Positions 21,739 through 34,744 of a DNA stretch of 64,000 nt are shown here, one piece after another. Source of the DNA: Lama guanicoe (Eukaryota). Below the pieces are notes generated by a model. That model saw only the letters and a list, made by a program, of their open reading frames with translations, did not search any database and was not told the origin of the DNA. The stretch covers positions 17,178,029-17,242,028 of the forward strand of contig MU054323.1 in assembly GCA_013239625.1 (NCBI GenBank), given 5' to 3'. The position numbers were made by a program, and so were the translations under genes. Position 1 is the stretch's first letter. Each line of letters begins with the position of its first letter.

Positions 21739-23079
21739 GTTTTTTAAATTGAAGTATAGTCAGTTACAATGTGTCAATTTCTGGTGTACAGCACAATGTC
21801 CCAGTTATGCATACATATATTCATTTTCATATTCTTTTTCATTAAAGGTTATTATAAGATATTGAATATAGTTCCCTGTGCTGTACAGAAGAAATTTGTT
21901 CTTTTAATCTATTTTTACATATAGTGCCTAACATTTGCAAATCTCAAACTCCCAAATTTATCCCTTCCCACCTCTCTTCCCCCAGTAACTGTAAGATTGT
22001 TTACTATGTCTGCAAGTCTGTTTCTGTTTTATAGATGAGTTCATTGGTGTTCTTTTTTTTTTAGATTCTACATATGAGTGATATCATGTGGTATTTTTCT
22101 TTCTCTTTCTGGCTTACTTCACTTAGAATGATGATGTCTAGCTCCATCCATGTTGCTGCAAATGGCATTATTTTATTCTTTTTTATGGCTGAGTAGTATT
22201 CCATTATATAAATATACCACAAATTCTTTATCCAGTCATCTGTCAATGGACATTTAGGTTGCTTCCATGTCTTGGCTATTTGTATATAGTGCTGCTGTGA
22301 ACATTGGGGTGCATGTATCTTTTTGCATTAGAGTTCCCTCTGGGTATGTGCCCAGGGGTGGGATTGCTGGATCATATGGTAAATCTATTTTTAGTCCTTT
22401 GAGAAACTCCATACTGTTTTCCATAATGGCTGCACCAAACTACATTCCCATTAGCAATGTAGGAGGGTTCCCTTTTCTCCACTCCCTCTTAAACATTTAT
22501 TGTTCATGGACTTTTTAATGATAGCCATTCTGACTGGTGTGAGGTTATACCTCATTGTAGTTTTGATTTGCATTTCTCTGATAATTAGTGATATTGAGCA
22601 TTTTTTCATGTGCCTATTGGCCATTCGAATGTCTTCATTGGAGAATTGCTTGTTCAGTCTTCTGCCCATTTTTGGATTGGGTTGTTTGTTTTTTTGTTAT
22701 TCTGTTGTACGAGCTGTTTATATATTCCAGAAATTAAACCTTTGTCAGTTGCATCCTTGCAGATATTTTCTCCCATTCCGTAGGTTGTCATTTTGTTTTA
22801 CTTATGGTTCCCTTTGCTGTGCAAAAGCTTATAAGTTTAATTAGGTCTCATTTGTTAATTTTTGCTTTTATTTCTATTGCCCTAGGAGAACATTGCTAAG
22901 ATTTATGTCAGAGAATGTTTGCCAATGTTTTCTTCTAGGAGGTTTATCATGTCTTGTCTTATATTTAAGTCTTTAAGCCATTTTGAGTTTATTTTGTGTA
23001 TGGTATGAGGGAGTGTTCTAACTTCATTGATTTATATGCTGCTGTTCAGTTTTCCAAACACCACTTGTTGAAGAGCATG
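21739..23079 (-). mobile_element. Relatively young 5'-truncated L1 with target-site duplication
   Basis: 13-bp TSD taaaaccttgaca at 21726-21738 and 23080-23092; ORF2 C-terminal peptides ([65 protein letters not shown]). Confidence 0.92.
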
Positions 23080-23879
23080 TAAAACCTTGACAATTGTTTT
23101 ATTTGAGAACTGGTGGAATTTTCATGATGCTGCTTGAAATAGATTTCTAGAATGTTAGGGTCAAGGCTAAGGATTACTATAATTTTGGAAGAAATCAGAG
23201 CAGTGAAGGTCTATAATTACACATACTTAATTGCTTCTACTGGCAAATATGATTTTTCTTAAACCACATTACTGAGACATGAATAACATACAGAAAACTA
23301 CATACTTAGTGTATATAACATGATGAGTTTGGAGATAAGCATACACTCATGAAACCATCACTACAATCTATGCCTAAACATAACCATCACCTCCAACAGT
23401 TTTTCCTGCCTTCTTTATTAATACTATCATAGATAACAGTGCAAAGAATATCTTCATGAATATGTCTTTATTGCTACTATTAAACTAAAGTGTATAGAAA
23501 TGAAAGTACTATGTCAAAGAGTATGAACACATGTTGGTTTTTCTCTCTTTAAATAGTTTGTGCTGCTTTACATTGACAAGAGTAATAAATGTATGCTAAT
23601 TTCATCACACCCTTAGAGTATTACTGTTTTGTTTTAATTTTATGACTGAATATAAAATGGTGTTTTAAAATTTGATTTAATTTGTATTTATTAGCATTTC
23701 CCCATGTGTCTTTATTCCCAGTATGGGAACTGTTTGATTCATATCTTCATTTTAAAAAATCTTCATTTTTTAAAGAAGTTATTTTCTCCATATTCCCATC
23801 ATGTCATATCTGTTTATGTTTCTAAATTTTACTCACATGGATTTATGTAAGTAAGCAACTAGTGATACATGCATTTCTT

Positions 23880-25570
23880 CTAACTTTGACATAATTTCAG
23901 ATTTACAGAAAATTTGCATAAACAGGACAAAGAATTGCCATATATCCTTTGTCCAGCAAGTGTTAACATTTACCACACTTGTATTTTCTGTGCATGTGTA
24001 TGTGCGTTCATTTTTCTCCCTGAACTGTTTGAGAATAAATCATGGACACAATGGAAATATGAGGACATGTTCTTAAATAACCAAGATACAGTTACCAAAA
24101 TCAGGAAACTAACATTGATATACTACTATGTTTTAATACAGACATTATCCAGATTTCACCCACTGACTCAATGTCTGCTGTGCCAAAAAAGACTTTAATT
24201 TGGATCACGTGTTGCATTCAGTTGTCATATCCTTTCAGTTTCCTTCACTCTGGAGTAGTTCCTCAGTCTTTGACTTTCATGACATTGACATTTTTGAATA
24301 CAGGCCAGTTTTCTTGTGGAATACCCCTCAATTTGGGTTTGTTTGTTTCCCTGTGATTCAATTCAGTGTGCATTTTTGGGGTAGGAATACCCTGGAAATG
24401 ATAGTGTGTTCTCAGTACGTCATCTCGGGAGGCATATGATGTTGGTTTTAATTTGCATTTCTCTAATGACTAATGATGTTGAGTGTTGCTCATGTGCTTG
24501 TTAAGCCATTTGTGTATCTTCAGTGAAATGTTTACTCAAATTTTTGCCCATTTGAAAACTTGAGTTATCTAACTGAGTTGTAAGTGTTCTTCATATATTC
24601 TATATACAGGTGCTTTATCAGATAAATGATTTGTAAATATTTTCTCCCCATCTGTGGCTTGTCTTGAATGTTCTTAATGATATTTTTGAAGTGAAGAAAT
24701 TTTTAAAATTAAGTACGATTTATCAATTTTCTTTTATGGATCATGTTTTTGGTGTCATAGCCAAGAATTTTTTGTCTAACCAACAGTCACAAAGATTATC
24801 TCTTTTTTTTTAAGTGTTTTCATTTGCTCTTAAACTTCGATTTATGCTCTATTTTGATAATTTTTGTGTCTGCTCTGAGGTAAAGGTCTAAGTTAATGTT
24901 TTTACACATGGAGATCCAATTATTCCATACCATTTGTTGAAAGATTTCTTTCTCCATTGAATTGCCTTGGCACTTTCATTGGAAATCAGTTGATGATAAA
25001 TTGTAAAGGTTTATGTCTGGACTTAACAGTTGTGTTCCATTGATCCATTTGTGAGTCCTTATGTTAGTAACACACTGTATTAACTATTATAGCATTACAA
25101 TAAGATTTGATATCTGTAAGTCCTCAAATTTTGTTCATTTTAAAGATTGTTTGGCTCTTCTGGCTCCTTTGCATTGCCATACAAATTTTGGATGAGGCTG
25201 TCAATTTCTGGGGGGAAAAAAAAACCACCCATGAGGATTTGATAAGGACTGGGTTGAAGCTATAGATCAGTTTGTGGAGAGTTGTCATCTTAGTAATACT
25301 GAGTTTTCCATTCCATGAACTTGGAATGTCTCTTAATTTACTCAGATCTTTAATTTTCTTACAACAGTGTTTTACGGTCATCAATGTACAGGTTTTATAC
25401 TGCTTTTGCTTAATTTATTCCTAAGTATTTTTAATGCTATTTAATTTTTTAATGCTATTCTGAATGGAATTGTTTTTTAATTTCATTCCTGAATTATTGG
25501 TTGTTCGTATATAGAAGTAAGTTTTGCATATTGATCTTGTATCCCATGGTCTTGTTGAACTAATTTATCA
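23880..25570 (-). mobile_element. Older L1 (L1M) fragments
   Basis: L1 3'UTR and ORF2 remnants (ttttaatttgcatttctctaatgactaatgatgttgag; peptide RDIPSSWNGKLSITKMTTLHKLIYSFN); approximate limits. Confidence 0.7.
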
Positions 25571-27104
25571 CACACACACTTTTGAGTTCCTCTCACTTTG
25601 CTTCACATTACCCAGATACATTCTGATGAGGGACTAGGCCATGAATATATTCCCTACAGCTTTGGTAATATGCAGAAGTTGCTCACAAGGTTTAAAGAGG
25701 CACACCTAATTGCTGAACAAATGAGAGTCATGAAAAGCAGAATTCCCATTAAGAGGCTTAGTTGAAGCCATTAGTATCCTTTCTTTTAATTTCAACATTA
25801 GGCATCCAGTCTCCTTAGAACCTTCAGAGGGTTGCAGGGGGTAAATTCTGTTCCTGACTGAACTTATTCCAGTAAACTTTATTTCTCTCTTGCCTTGTTT
25901 CTCCTGTGTCCCTGTTTATCTTTGTATCTTGAGTTCCTAAGGTGACTGGCACACAGTACCCGATTAAAATAACAAGTTGATTATATTGAAATTAATGAGC
26001 ATGAATGTGGGAGGAATTTCTGTAACCCCAATATGGGTCTCAAACTAGCTGCGTAGCACACATTAGTTTTAAAGTGGACAATCGGCCTTCTTGTTAACTA
26101 ATCAGATTGCGTGCTTCAATTAATCCAGTCTTAGCCATGCTTACCACAGAAAAGGATAGTATAAAGATTTATGGACTAGAAATAATGGGGACAGCTGGAG
26201 TTTTAATAGGAAAAGTACACAGGTGAATTTCAAGCAGAAGAGCAGCATTAATGGAAATGTCTATAATTACGGATTGTTTTGTGCTGGGTCTATAATTAGT
26301 GGATTCGTGGAGTCATAGGGGCTAGTCCCTTAGTGCCCATGGTATAGTACAGCCTTGGATTTGTAAAGACATCTGTCTTCTGAAGAACATAACACATTTT
26401 TGACATTCAGTCTGGTAATCTTACTAATAGTCAAGTCCTAAGACAAACATTTTTTTTTCCAGTTCAAACTATGGGAGAAGGGATACTGAGCATAGAAATT
26501 ATAGTTCCTAATTAGACTTCATGTTAGATTTAAACGTTTTACAGTTGTACACCTGTAGTGCTGTATACGCCCATCCCCTTTGTATTAACCCTGTTTGTGT
26601 TTTAGCTTATTGGCCAAACTCTACTAAGTTGGACTCTGTTCAAATAGCACAAAGATAAAGCAAGGATGTGTGTGTGTGTTTTAAACATCTTAACGTGGGC
26701 CCAAGTGTGAGAACTTGAGTTTTGCAGTGGGAAGTGTTAGCGGTATTAACGTCATATACCAGTCATATTTTCAAAGAGCATGTTTTGACTTGCTTTTTCA
26801 AAATAAGTGAAAAAAAATTGACAGTAGAACATGTTTTTAAAGTAAAGCTATCCCTACCCATCTGTGCATGGCTTTTCCCATTTGCCCATATTTTCCTCAA
26901 ATTCTCAAATACTCTGTTTATAACAATGTACTCCTAAGCTCTTACTCACACAGTACATGTTTATTAGAGTTGATTTGGCAGAGGTTTTGCTTTTGTTAGC
27001 CCACGTATACTTAGATTTTTAAACTCAACTATGGGTCTAATTTATATCTGACTAATAACTAGTAGTTAGACTTTATAAGTGGTCACCTATCATTTGTTTA
27101 GACA

Positions 27105-27295
27105 GGTAGCTTCTCTCTACCTTGGCACTATGGACCTTGTGGACTGAATGATCATTTTTTTCCTGGACCGTCCTGTGCATTGTAGGATGGTTAGCAGCAC
27201 CCCTAGCCTCTAGCCCTTCCCCACTCCCGTGACATCTCCAAATACTGCCAAATGTCTCCTGGTGGGCAAAATTGCCCCCAGTGGAGAACCACTGG
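27105..27295. mobile_element. MER20 (hAT-Charlie)
   Basis: gtcctgtgcattgtaggatggttagcagcacccct...gggcaaaattgcccccagtggagaaccactg. Confidence 0.8.
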
Positions 27296-30200
27296 TTTAA
27301 AACCGACAATAACTACATTTTCTCCTGTGAGAAAACGTCTTTAGTTTTTGTATGTAAGGTCTTGTATTTGTTAGAGTTAATCAACCTCTATGGACAAAGT
27401 TTTACTTGAAAGGTTAACAGACACTATTGTTGTAACACATTTGGAAACCAAGGATGGAATGAGACAAAATTTATTAAATGGAGACTCTCAAGAAGTAAAT
27501 GAGTCTTTCTGGCTAAGTCATCCTGTCTTTAATTGTTGTAGGAAAAAACAGCCATGGATAATCTCTTCTTTATAAAGATCATTCAGCGTGGAAGGAAAAT
27601 TAACTCCTTCCAGGCCATTTTCAGTAAAAGGTTGGAGGAGGTAGCAGTAATTGCAATTTCTGCATAAGGAATCATTTTTAAGAACCTCAGTGTTTAAAAT
27701 GCTTCTGTTGAAAATGTTTTAATGTAATTATTTTACATTATTATGCCATTTTTAGCAATATTTGTCGTATGTAAGGGTCATCATTCTAAACACTGATTCT
27801 TACTGTAGGTAGTTATGAGTTTGGGCTGAATTTCCAAGGCCACCCGTGGGTAGTTGCTTTTCCAAACAAACCTCTCACACTGGTTCTGTGGCTTTTGTTT
27901 CTTCACTAAAAAGTTGAAATGGAGGTGAAAAAACCTCTAGAAAATTGATTCAAGCCATCCTCATAGCTCTCTCTTGGGCACTGTGTTCTGGCTTGTTTAT
28001 GCAAGCAGCTGGGTTTGCACTGCCTCGGGTGGAGACCTGAGGCTGGCCCGAACCGGGCAAAGATGGGGCAGAGGCCGGACTGTCTGTGGGAAAAAGTTCA
28101 TGTTTGGGTTGCTGTCCTGTATCTTTAGAAAACATTGATTCCACTCCTTCCTCATGGTTCATATTTTCCAAAAACCTTTTTCTGCTCTTCGATAAAACAA
28201 ATGATGAAAACACCTAAGATTTTAAAAGCACCTTAAGGACTAGTGATTGGCTACAGATCCTATTTAAGACTAGTCTCTTCACTATGCCATTTGGGGGTGA
28301 TAACTTAGCAATGGCAAGAAAAGTCTGTCCGTGCTAATGACTCACTGTGGTTAACTGTTCACAAGGTCAGTGCAGTTTTGGACTCTGGAACGATCTGAAA
28401 CTATTGCTGTGATAGTTAATTGCACTGTCTGTTTCTACCTGAGGCCCTCTGTACTAAGAGCACTCAAATATTGATTGACACTGATTCATGATCAAACTTT
28501 AATTTCTGAAAAGAGCTCACAGTGTATTTATTATAAGCAGACTTTCTACCTGCATCTGGAGGAAAATAAACCCTAGGTATCGTTCTTAATGCTAGTGTAA
28601 TTTACAGGAAAGAGGCAGCCTCTGCTTAGGCCTGTTGAAGCATAGTGTGGTGTGAGCGTCCTCTGCTGACCCCAGGAATCCACTATTATGTGGCAAATGG
28701 GTGACACCCGTAAGGCTCCCTCTGGGTACAGAGCCTGAGCTCACCAGCTCTCAGCCCAGCAGTTGAGAGAGCACAACACAGAGTGGCTGACCCCACAGAG
28801 CCAGTCTGGACTGCATCTGAAAACCAGACCCTCAGTCCTAATTTACTTACATTTACTGTATTTTAATTTTCCAAAGGACTTTCACAAGATCTTATGATAA
28901 CCTCTTAGGGACATACTCAAAACCATTGCCTAGGAAGGAAAAAAAAAAGCACATCCCATATGCCTACAGATTCCCAGGCTGCACGTTTTGTTCTGTTACT
29001 TAAACTGCTCAGATAATAGAATGGGAGGATAAAGACCAAAGTCCATTTCTTGACAGGGAGATCGAGGTGTCATAATCAGATACGGAATGCAAGCAGGAAG
29101 AAGATGAAGCTAGTATTTTATCAACCTGACCACCTCTGTAAGAAATGTTGAGCTATTCTCATTTCCTGAGAACGTCCCAATGAGTCTGTACTGTTTTGTA
29201 TTGTATTTAATTTTGTAGCAAGTACTTCATTAATATGGTTCCCTAACTAGATTCCAGCAAGAGTAAAACATACTTAAGAAAGTAGAGAGTTCTCCATAAA
29301 ATTAACAGTAAGTCCTGACCAGCTTGTTGGGGCTGAGAAACCCCCCTTCACCTTGAATTGTGACACTATTTTAACTTTAATTACAAGCGGGTAATCCTGT
29401 TTCATTTCTTATTTCATAATTTTAATGAGCCTAAAAAGTTTAGTTTTTTGTGAGGGGGTGGTGGTGAGGATTTTCTCCTGAATGCCTTCAGTCGAGGCTT
29501 CCCACCCTTTTTCACACTCTGGGACATCGACAGAATGACAGGACGCGCGCGTCTGTACGCGGCTACAAGGAACCAGCCCAAGCACGGCTTCCCTGAGGGA
29601 CAGTTTCTCAGCACTCCGACTGGGAAGTGTCCTTATTCACCACCTGGCAGCGGTGCGCGCTGCTGGGAACGTGTGTCTGGGGCTGCGGGCCCACGTGGGC
29701 AGATGCCTCTAGCTGGGGCAGGCAGCACGGGCTCCGCTGGAGCACCGGGAGTCAAAGCTGGTTTTAAAAAAGTTTTTCAGTGAGTTAGCGCTGTTTTCTC
29801 CATGTCTCCTAGATGTCCCAGCCTAATCTGGTCTGTAACGTGAGCCTTGTTTCAGTGGCAAGTCAGCACTGGGAGACTGTGGGTGCTATGCATATGTTTT
29901 TATTTAAGGGGATGACATGAATTAATGCCTTTAAAAATACGGATCTTCAAGTGCACTAAAGCTTCAACACACTTGATAACAACCATTTTGGACCATCTTA
30001 GACTGCCTAGGAGCTCTCCTGAAAACATAAAATAAACATCTTCCACTGAGGTGGTTTTGTTGAATTAGTGTGAATTCAACCTATAGTGTGAAACCGGAAG
30101 TGATTCTCTGACAGCCAAATGAATAAAAGACTTTTTTTCTACTCAGCTCTTTGGGATTCTTCTTGGCCACGCTGATAAATGTCCAGGGAAAGTGTAAATG

Positions 30201-30562
30201 CATTAATATTTTTTTTTCAAAATGCCAGTAGTGCCTCATTAACCTAAGTGGTGGTTGAAAATAAGCAGTCTCATGGAAGGTATTTTTATGGCTGTAAACC
30301 TGACACTGGCATGGCAACCTTTTCTACCTCAACCATGCCAACTCTGTTCTGAGAATACCACTAAAATCCCCTTTTGCGTAACGTGACATGTGGCCATTAG
30401 ACTCGGGTGAGTTCATAAGACAGAGTAAGATTCCTAAATGGAAAACCTAAAAGAATGGAAATACCCAGGCTTCTGCTTTTAAGAGTTAAGTGTGTAATGG
30501 GTGAAACCAGCTCACATTTTAACAACAAATAAGAGCTCATTGTTTGTTTTTTTAAGCTGACC

Positions 30563-30568
30563 TTTAAT
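30563..30568 (-). terminator. Candidate polyadenylation signal (ATTAAA on - strand) for DHX57
   Basis: About 520 nt past the stop codon; a canonical AATAAA (-) also lies at 29899-29904; usage unknown. Confidence 0.35.
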
Positions 30569-31090
30569 GAGTAAAAATAAAAATCCCTCACAAATGAAGT
30601 TTATGTAATAGCCTACAGCCGAAAATGAAATTTCAATTTTTCTTGCTCACATGATTTTTTCCCTTCTCTGTTGACTTCTTAGTTAAGCCTTTATGACAGA
30701 AAAAACAATTGGTATTTTTCCTCATGCCTCACATCTCACCCCAGTAAAAAGCAGGAGAAAAATAATACATAGATAGATTAAAACAGAATTGTATTAAATA
30801 TTCACTTTTGTGTTGTGAACTTCATTCCAGGACGGTCCCAGAAAAAGACAGGCAAGTTGGTTTTCGGACTGTCTCACACTGACACTCCAGATTGTGCTGG
30901 GGGTGCCCTCTGCTTTGTGAGGAATACTCAGTCTGGAACATTCCCCTACAGGTGTGCGTCGCCTCGGCTGACTCGCAGCGCATGCTGGGCTCCCTCCCCA
31001 GCGCCAGCCCCAGCACCGAGCTGTGGTTCGAGGTAGAGGTGCTGCTGTTACTTCCCAGGTGAGGAGCAGGCACTCTCCCAAGACTGGTCT

Positions 31091-31234
31091 CTATTGCGTG
31101 GTGACAAGTTTCACAATCGTGCTGATGATCCGAGACCCGCGGGGACAGGTACACAGATCTATGCTTGGGTTTTTTATCTTATCCTGGAGGAGCTGGTCAA
31201 GTTCACAGCGAAGTTCCTTTACTAATTCAGCCAC
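31091..31234 (-). CDS. DHX57: DExH-box helicase 57, last coding exon
   Basis: ag|VAELVKELRCELDQLLQDKIKNPSIDLCTCPRGSRIISTIVKLVTTQ* (TAG); 144 nt, phase 0. Confidence 0.93.
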   Translation of the reverse strand: MAELVKELRCELDQLLQDKIKNPSIDLCTCPRGSRIISTIVKLVTTQ

Positions 31235-32319
31235 CTAAAATGAAAGTTGCAATGTAAGCAGTGCTTGGACCAACAAGGGAGGAAAGGTTATTAAAGGAAA
31301 TTCTCTAGTTACGATTATCATTATTCTAGATTTCTGCTATTTTAATTCCATTGGGAAAGCAAAACTTTTTTCTAAAAGTGCTTCTAAAATTTTTTGATGC
31401 AGTTATAACATTTACTGTCGGCTCTGTAATATACTAAATGGGGTCCATTATAAAAAGGCTGCTGTATCACATCTCATTTAAAGACAAGATTAAATCCGGA
31501 AATACAGCTTTTATGTAGTGTTCTCCATATTAAAGCTTGGTGAACTTTTATAATTTGCTCTGAGAGGAGAAGCAGGAAAATAGAGAATTAAAAATGGTGG
31601 ATATTAAACGAATCTCTTAAACTTTGGAATTTTTATGCTTTTGTGGGTGGGGTGGGGCTGGGAGATAGCTCCACAGTTTTTTATGGCATTTTGCTTATGC
31701 TGATGGAGTGGCACATGGATATCTTGCCAATGTCTGTTTGGTTCCTCCTGCACTGTTTGACAACCCTGCAGTGTGGATTCCGATCTAAATCAAACAAGCT
31801 CATGCCATGTGCCAGATTCAGGTGATCCAGGCCTCAGAGCCCATGACATTCCTTCAGCCACAGGAACTGGTTTAGGAGAGCAGGTTTGCTGGAGCCTTTA
31901 GGAAAGAAGCATTGTCTCCCTTTTTGGACAGTATGCTGCTCAGATGAGAGGCCAGGAGCTACTACAGCCGTCCTGCTACCACAAGGTCAGCCAGGCTTTC
32001 ACTGTTAAGCGGCTGAATCAAACCAACCCTGCCTGGCCCTCCTGACTTATACTTTCCAGTATGGCAGCCACTAGTCCCAGGTGGCTGATCTCATGACCAC
32101 ATGAAATGTGGCTGGTCCAAACTGAGATGTACTCTGAGTATAAAATACACACCAGATTTTGAAGACTTAGTGTACAAAAAAATGTAAAAAAAAAACTCTC
32201 AACATGTAATCTATTAAAAAATTAAAACTTTTTAGTTTTTTTAGGCTAAATATATTAAAATTAATTTGACCAATTTTTTTTAAATGAGGCTACTAGAACA
32301 ATTAAAATTACATATGTGG

Positions 32320-32439
32320 AGGGGGGAGGGTATAAGCTCAGCTAAGCAGGCTTAGCATACACATGGTCCTGGGTTCAATCCCCAGTACCTCCTATAAAAA
32401 TAAACATAATTACCTCCCCCCATCAAAAAAAAAAAAAAG
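32320..32439 (+). mobile_element. tRNA-Ala-derived SINE (camelid Vic-1-like), copy 1
   Basis: ggggagggtataagctcag...ggtcctgggttcaatccccagtacctcc, A-rich tail, flanked by aaaattacatatgtgg on both sides. Confidence 0.88.
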
Positions 32440-32455
32440 AAAATTACATATGTGG

Positions 32456-32612
32456 GGGCGAGGGTATAGCTCAGTAGAGTGGGTGCTTAGCATGCACGAC
32501 GTCCTGGGTTCAACCCCCAACTCTGTTAAAAATAAACAAACCTAATTACTTCCTCTCCCAACAAAAAATTAAGAACAAACCTAATTACCTACCCCTAACA
32601 AAGAACATAAAA
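32456..32612 (+). mobile_element. tRNA-Ala-derived SINE (camelid Vic-1-like), copy 2
   Basis: gagggtatagctcagtagagtgggtgcttagcatgcacgacgtcctgggttcaacccc, tail with duplicated aaacctaattac unit, same 16-bp flanking repeat. Confidence 0.88.
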
Positions 32613-33035
32613 AAAATTACATATGTGGCACACATAATTCTATTGGACTGTGCTGCTCTCAGACTTTAGTTACATACACCAATAAATTCCTGTTAATCTT
32701 CTGAGATGGTATTTCTGTTTCTTGCAATAGATTTCTGACAGCTGTAAATGTTAAAATGAGTTTTTAGTTCTTAAAAATATACTCCCCCCTTCAATGTTTT
32801 CTCACGATTCCATACAGTGAATAATTGAGACCTGAGAGTGAAAAAAAAATTCAGAACCATTATCTTTAATTTTTTAAATGGTAGTTGTGGAATCAGGATG
32901 ATTTATTTTTGCTCATCTCTATTTTGATTTTTCTTTGAACATATATTTGTATAACAGTAAGCTCCAACACCTCACTGACAGCGTCTGCCTTAAACCTTTC
33001 CTGAACCTCACAGGACAGACTTCGTTATCTCCTAC

Positions 33036-33236
33036 CTGATGAGAAGCAGCTGCAAAACGGATCCAACCATCATCCAAGGAGACAACGAACTCTCCCCTTT
33101 GAAGCTGCACATGCACTTGGCCTCCTCCAAACAAGACCAGTGGGTACACAGACACCATGCTGCAGTCTCGGATGAACACCCGACTCGTTTTGATCTTCTC
33201 GTGGTACACCAGGTAGGGGCTGTCAAAGTGCCTGAC
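33036..33236 (-). CDS. DHX57: DHX57 coding exon (OB-fold region)
   Basis: ag|VRHFDSPYLVYHEKIKTSRVFIRDCSMVSVYPLVLFGGG...DDGWIRFAAASHQ|gt; 201 nt, phase 0/0. Confidence 0.94.
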
Positions 33237-33299
33237 CTGGAACATAGGGCAGTGATGTCACTGACAACATAAGGGGAACTCTACCAGTCCCAAGGATTT

Positions 33300-34490
33300 A
33301 ACTATCACCTGTCCAGTGACTCCCCAGATTATCTTCAGCCTGTACCTTTCCCCTGAGCTCAAGACTCATATATGCAACTGCCCACTCGGTCTCCATTTGG
33401 ACATGTAACAAGCCTCTCAAAATTCTTGACATTCCCCTCCCTGCAGCGTTCACCGTCTCAGTAAATGACACTCCCACTTACCCAGCTGCTCAAGCCCCGA
33501 ACTTACGAGCCATCCTTGACTGTTCTTTCCCTCACTCCACCTCTCTCATCACTAAGGCTTCTGTTTTCAAAAGGCACGATGAACTGACATTCTTACCACC
33601 TCTACAGCTACCGCCTTGTACAAACCACTTCACCTCGCAGAGGTCATTGCAACGGCTGCCTACGTACTTGCCCTTTCGCATCTTCGGTCTCTTCTCTACA
33701 CAGTGGCCACAGTGACCTTTTAAAAACAAGTCCAGTTAGGGCTCCAAACCCTCTAGAGATTTCCCAAGGGTAAGATCTCAAATCCTGACCATGGATTACA
33801 AGGTCCTATGCAACCTTCCCCTGCCTGCTGGTGCCAACTCACCTACCACTTGCACCCCTAACCCTCCCCGCTGTGTGTACTGGCCGCCGTCCTGCGTTTC
33901 CTGGAGCATACTCAACGTGCCCATCTCTTAGACTTCGCGCTCATCTCCTCTGCTTGGGATGTTCTCTTTAGACATCTGCATGACTTGCCTTTCATCTCAT
34001 CTAGGATCTGTTGTTTTCTCAGAGGTCTTCCCTGACCACTCTATGGAAAACAGCCCCTCTTGGGAAGGGGGAGGGATCAATTAGGAGTTTCCGTTAGGAT
34101 TAACAGATCTATACCACTGTATTTATAAAACAGATAAACAAGGATTTACTGTATAGCACAGGGAAATACAGTCAATATCTTGTGATGACCTATAATGGAA
34201 AAGAATCTGAAGCTATACACCTGAAACTTAACACGATACTGTAAGTCAACTATAGTTAAATAAGTTAAAAAAAAAAAAAAGCCCCTCTCCTGTCATACTC
34301 AACCTTACTGTCTTATTTTCTTCATAAAATCTGTCATTAACCTGACATGACTTGTCTCTTGCCTGACTTCCCCACTAGAAAGTAAGCTCCCTGAGGGCAA
34401 AGAGCTCGTCTCCCCAAGCTCCGCTCTCTTCCTGGCCTTCAGCGACACCTGGCACAGAGGAGGTGCTAGCAGATACTGATGGAGGCAGGA
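33300..34490 (+). mobile_element. L2 LINE 3' fragment, interrupted by an L1 3' end at 34061-34279
   Basis: L2 motifs cccctgagctcaagactcatatatgcaactgccc and actagaaagtaagctccctgagggcaaag. The L1 insert has a poly(A) tail and TSD agcccctct (34052-34060 / 34280-34288). Confidence 0.78.
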
Positions 34491-34744
34491 AGGATTTGGA
34501 CTCATTGCAGAAATGTCATGGAAACAAGGGAGAGGAGGTGTGGAGGTAACTCAGGCCCCTGGTTCCTAAGAGCGCACGCAGCTGAGTGGGCAGGTGACCT
34601 CCTGGTCCTCAAACTCTTCTGAGCTTAAGGAGATTTTTTTCATGCTTTGCTGACACTTTAGGAAATAGTTCCAGGGGCTGACCAGCCCTAACACGTCAAA
34701 CTCTCTTCCACCATCCTTTCCTTTTTTTCTCCTTCATCTCTCCC

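Larger units (their letters stand above)
31700..32740. mobile_element. MLT1-like LTR interrupted by a MER33-like DNA transposon (about 32055-32656)
   Basis: MLT1-like pieces on both sides (...aataaattcctgtt...tttctgtttcttgcaa); MER33 signature tataaaatacacaccagattttgaagacttagt...aaaattacatatgtgg. Confidence 0.6.

Noticed and set aside
32304..32628. Three identical 16-mers with intervening sequence, superficially like a CRISPR array
   Set aside because: Eukaryotic context, the intervening segments are 120-157-nt SINEs, and there are no cas genes; the repeats are target-site duplications.
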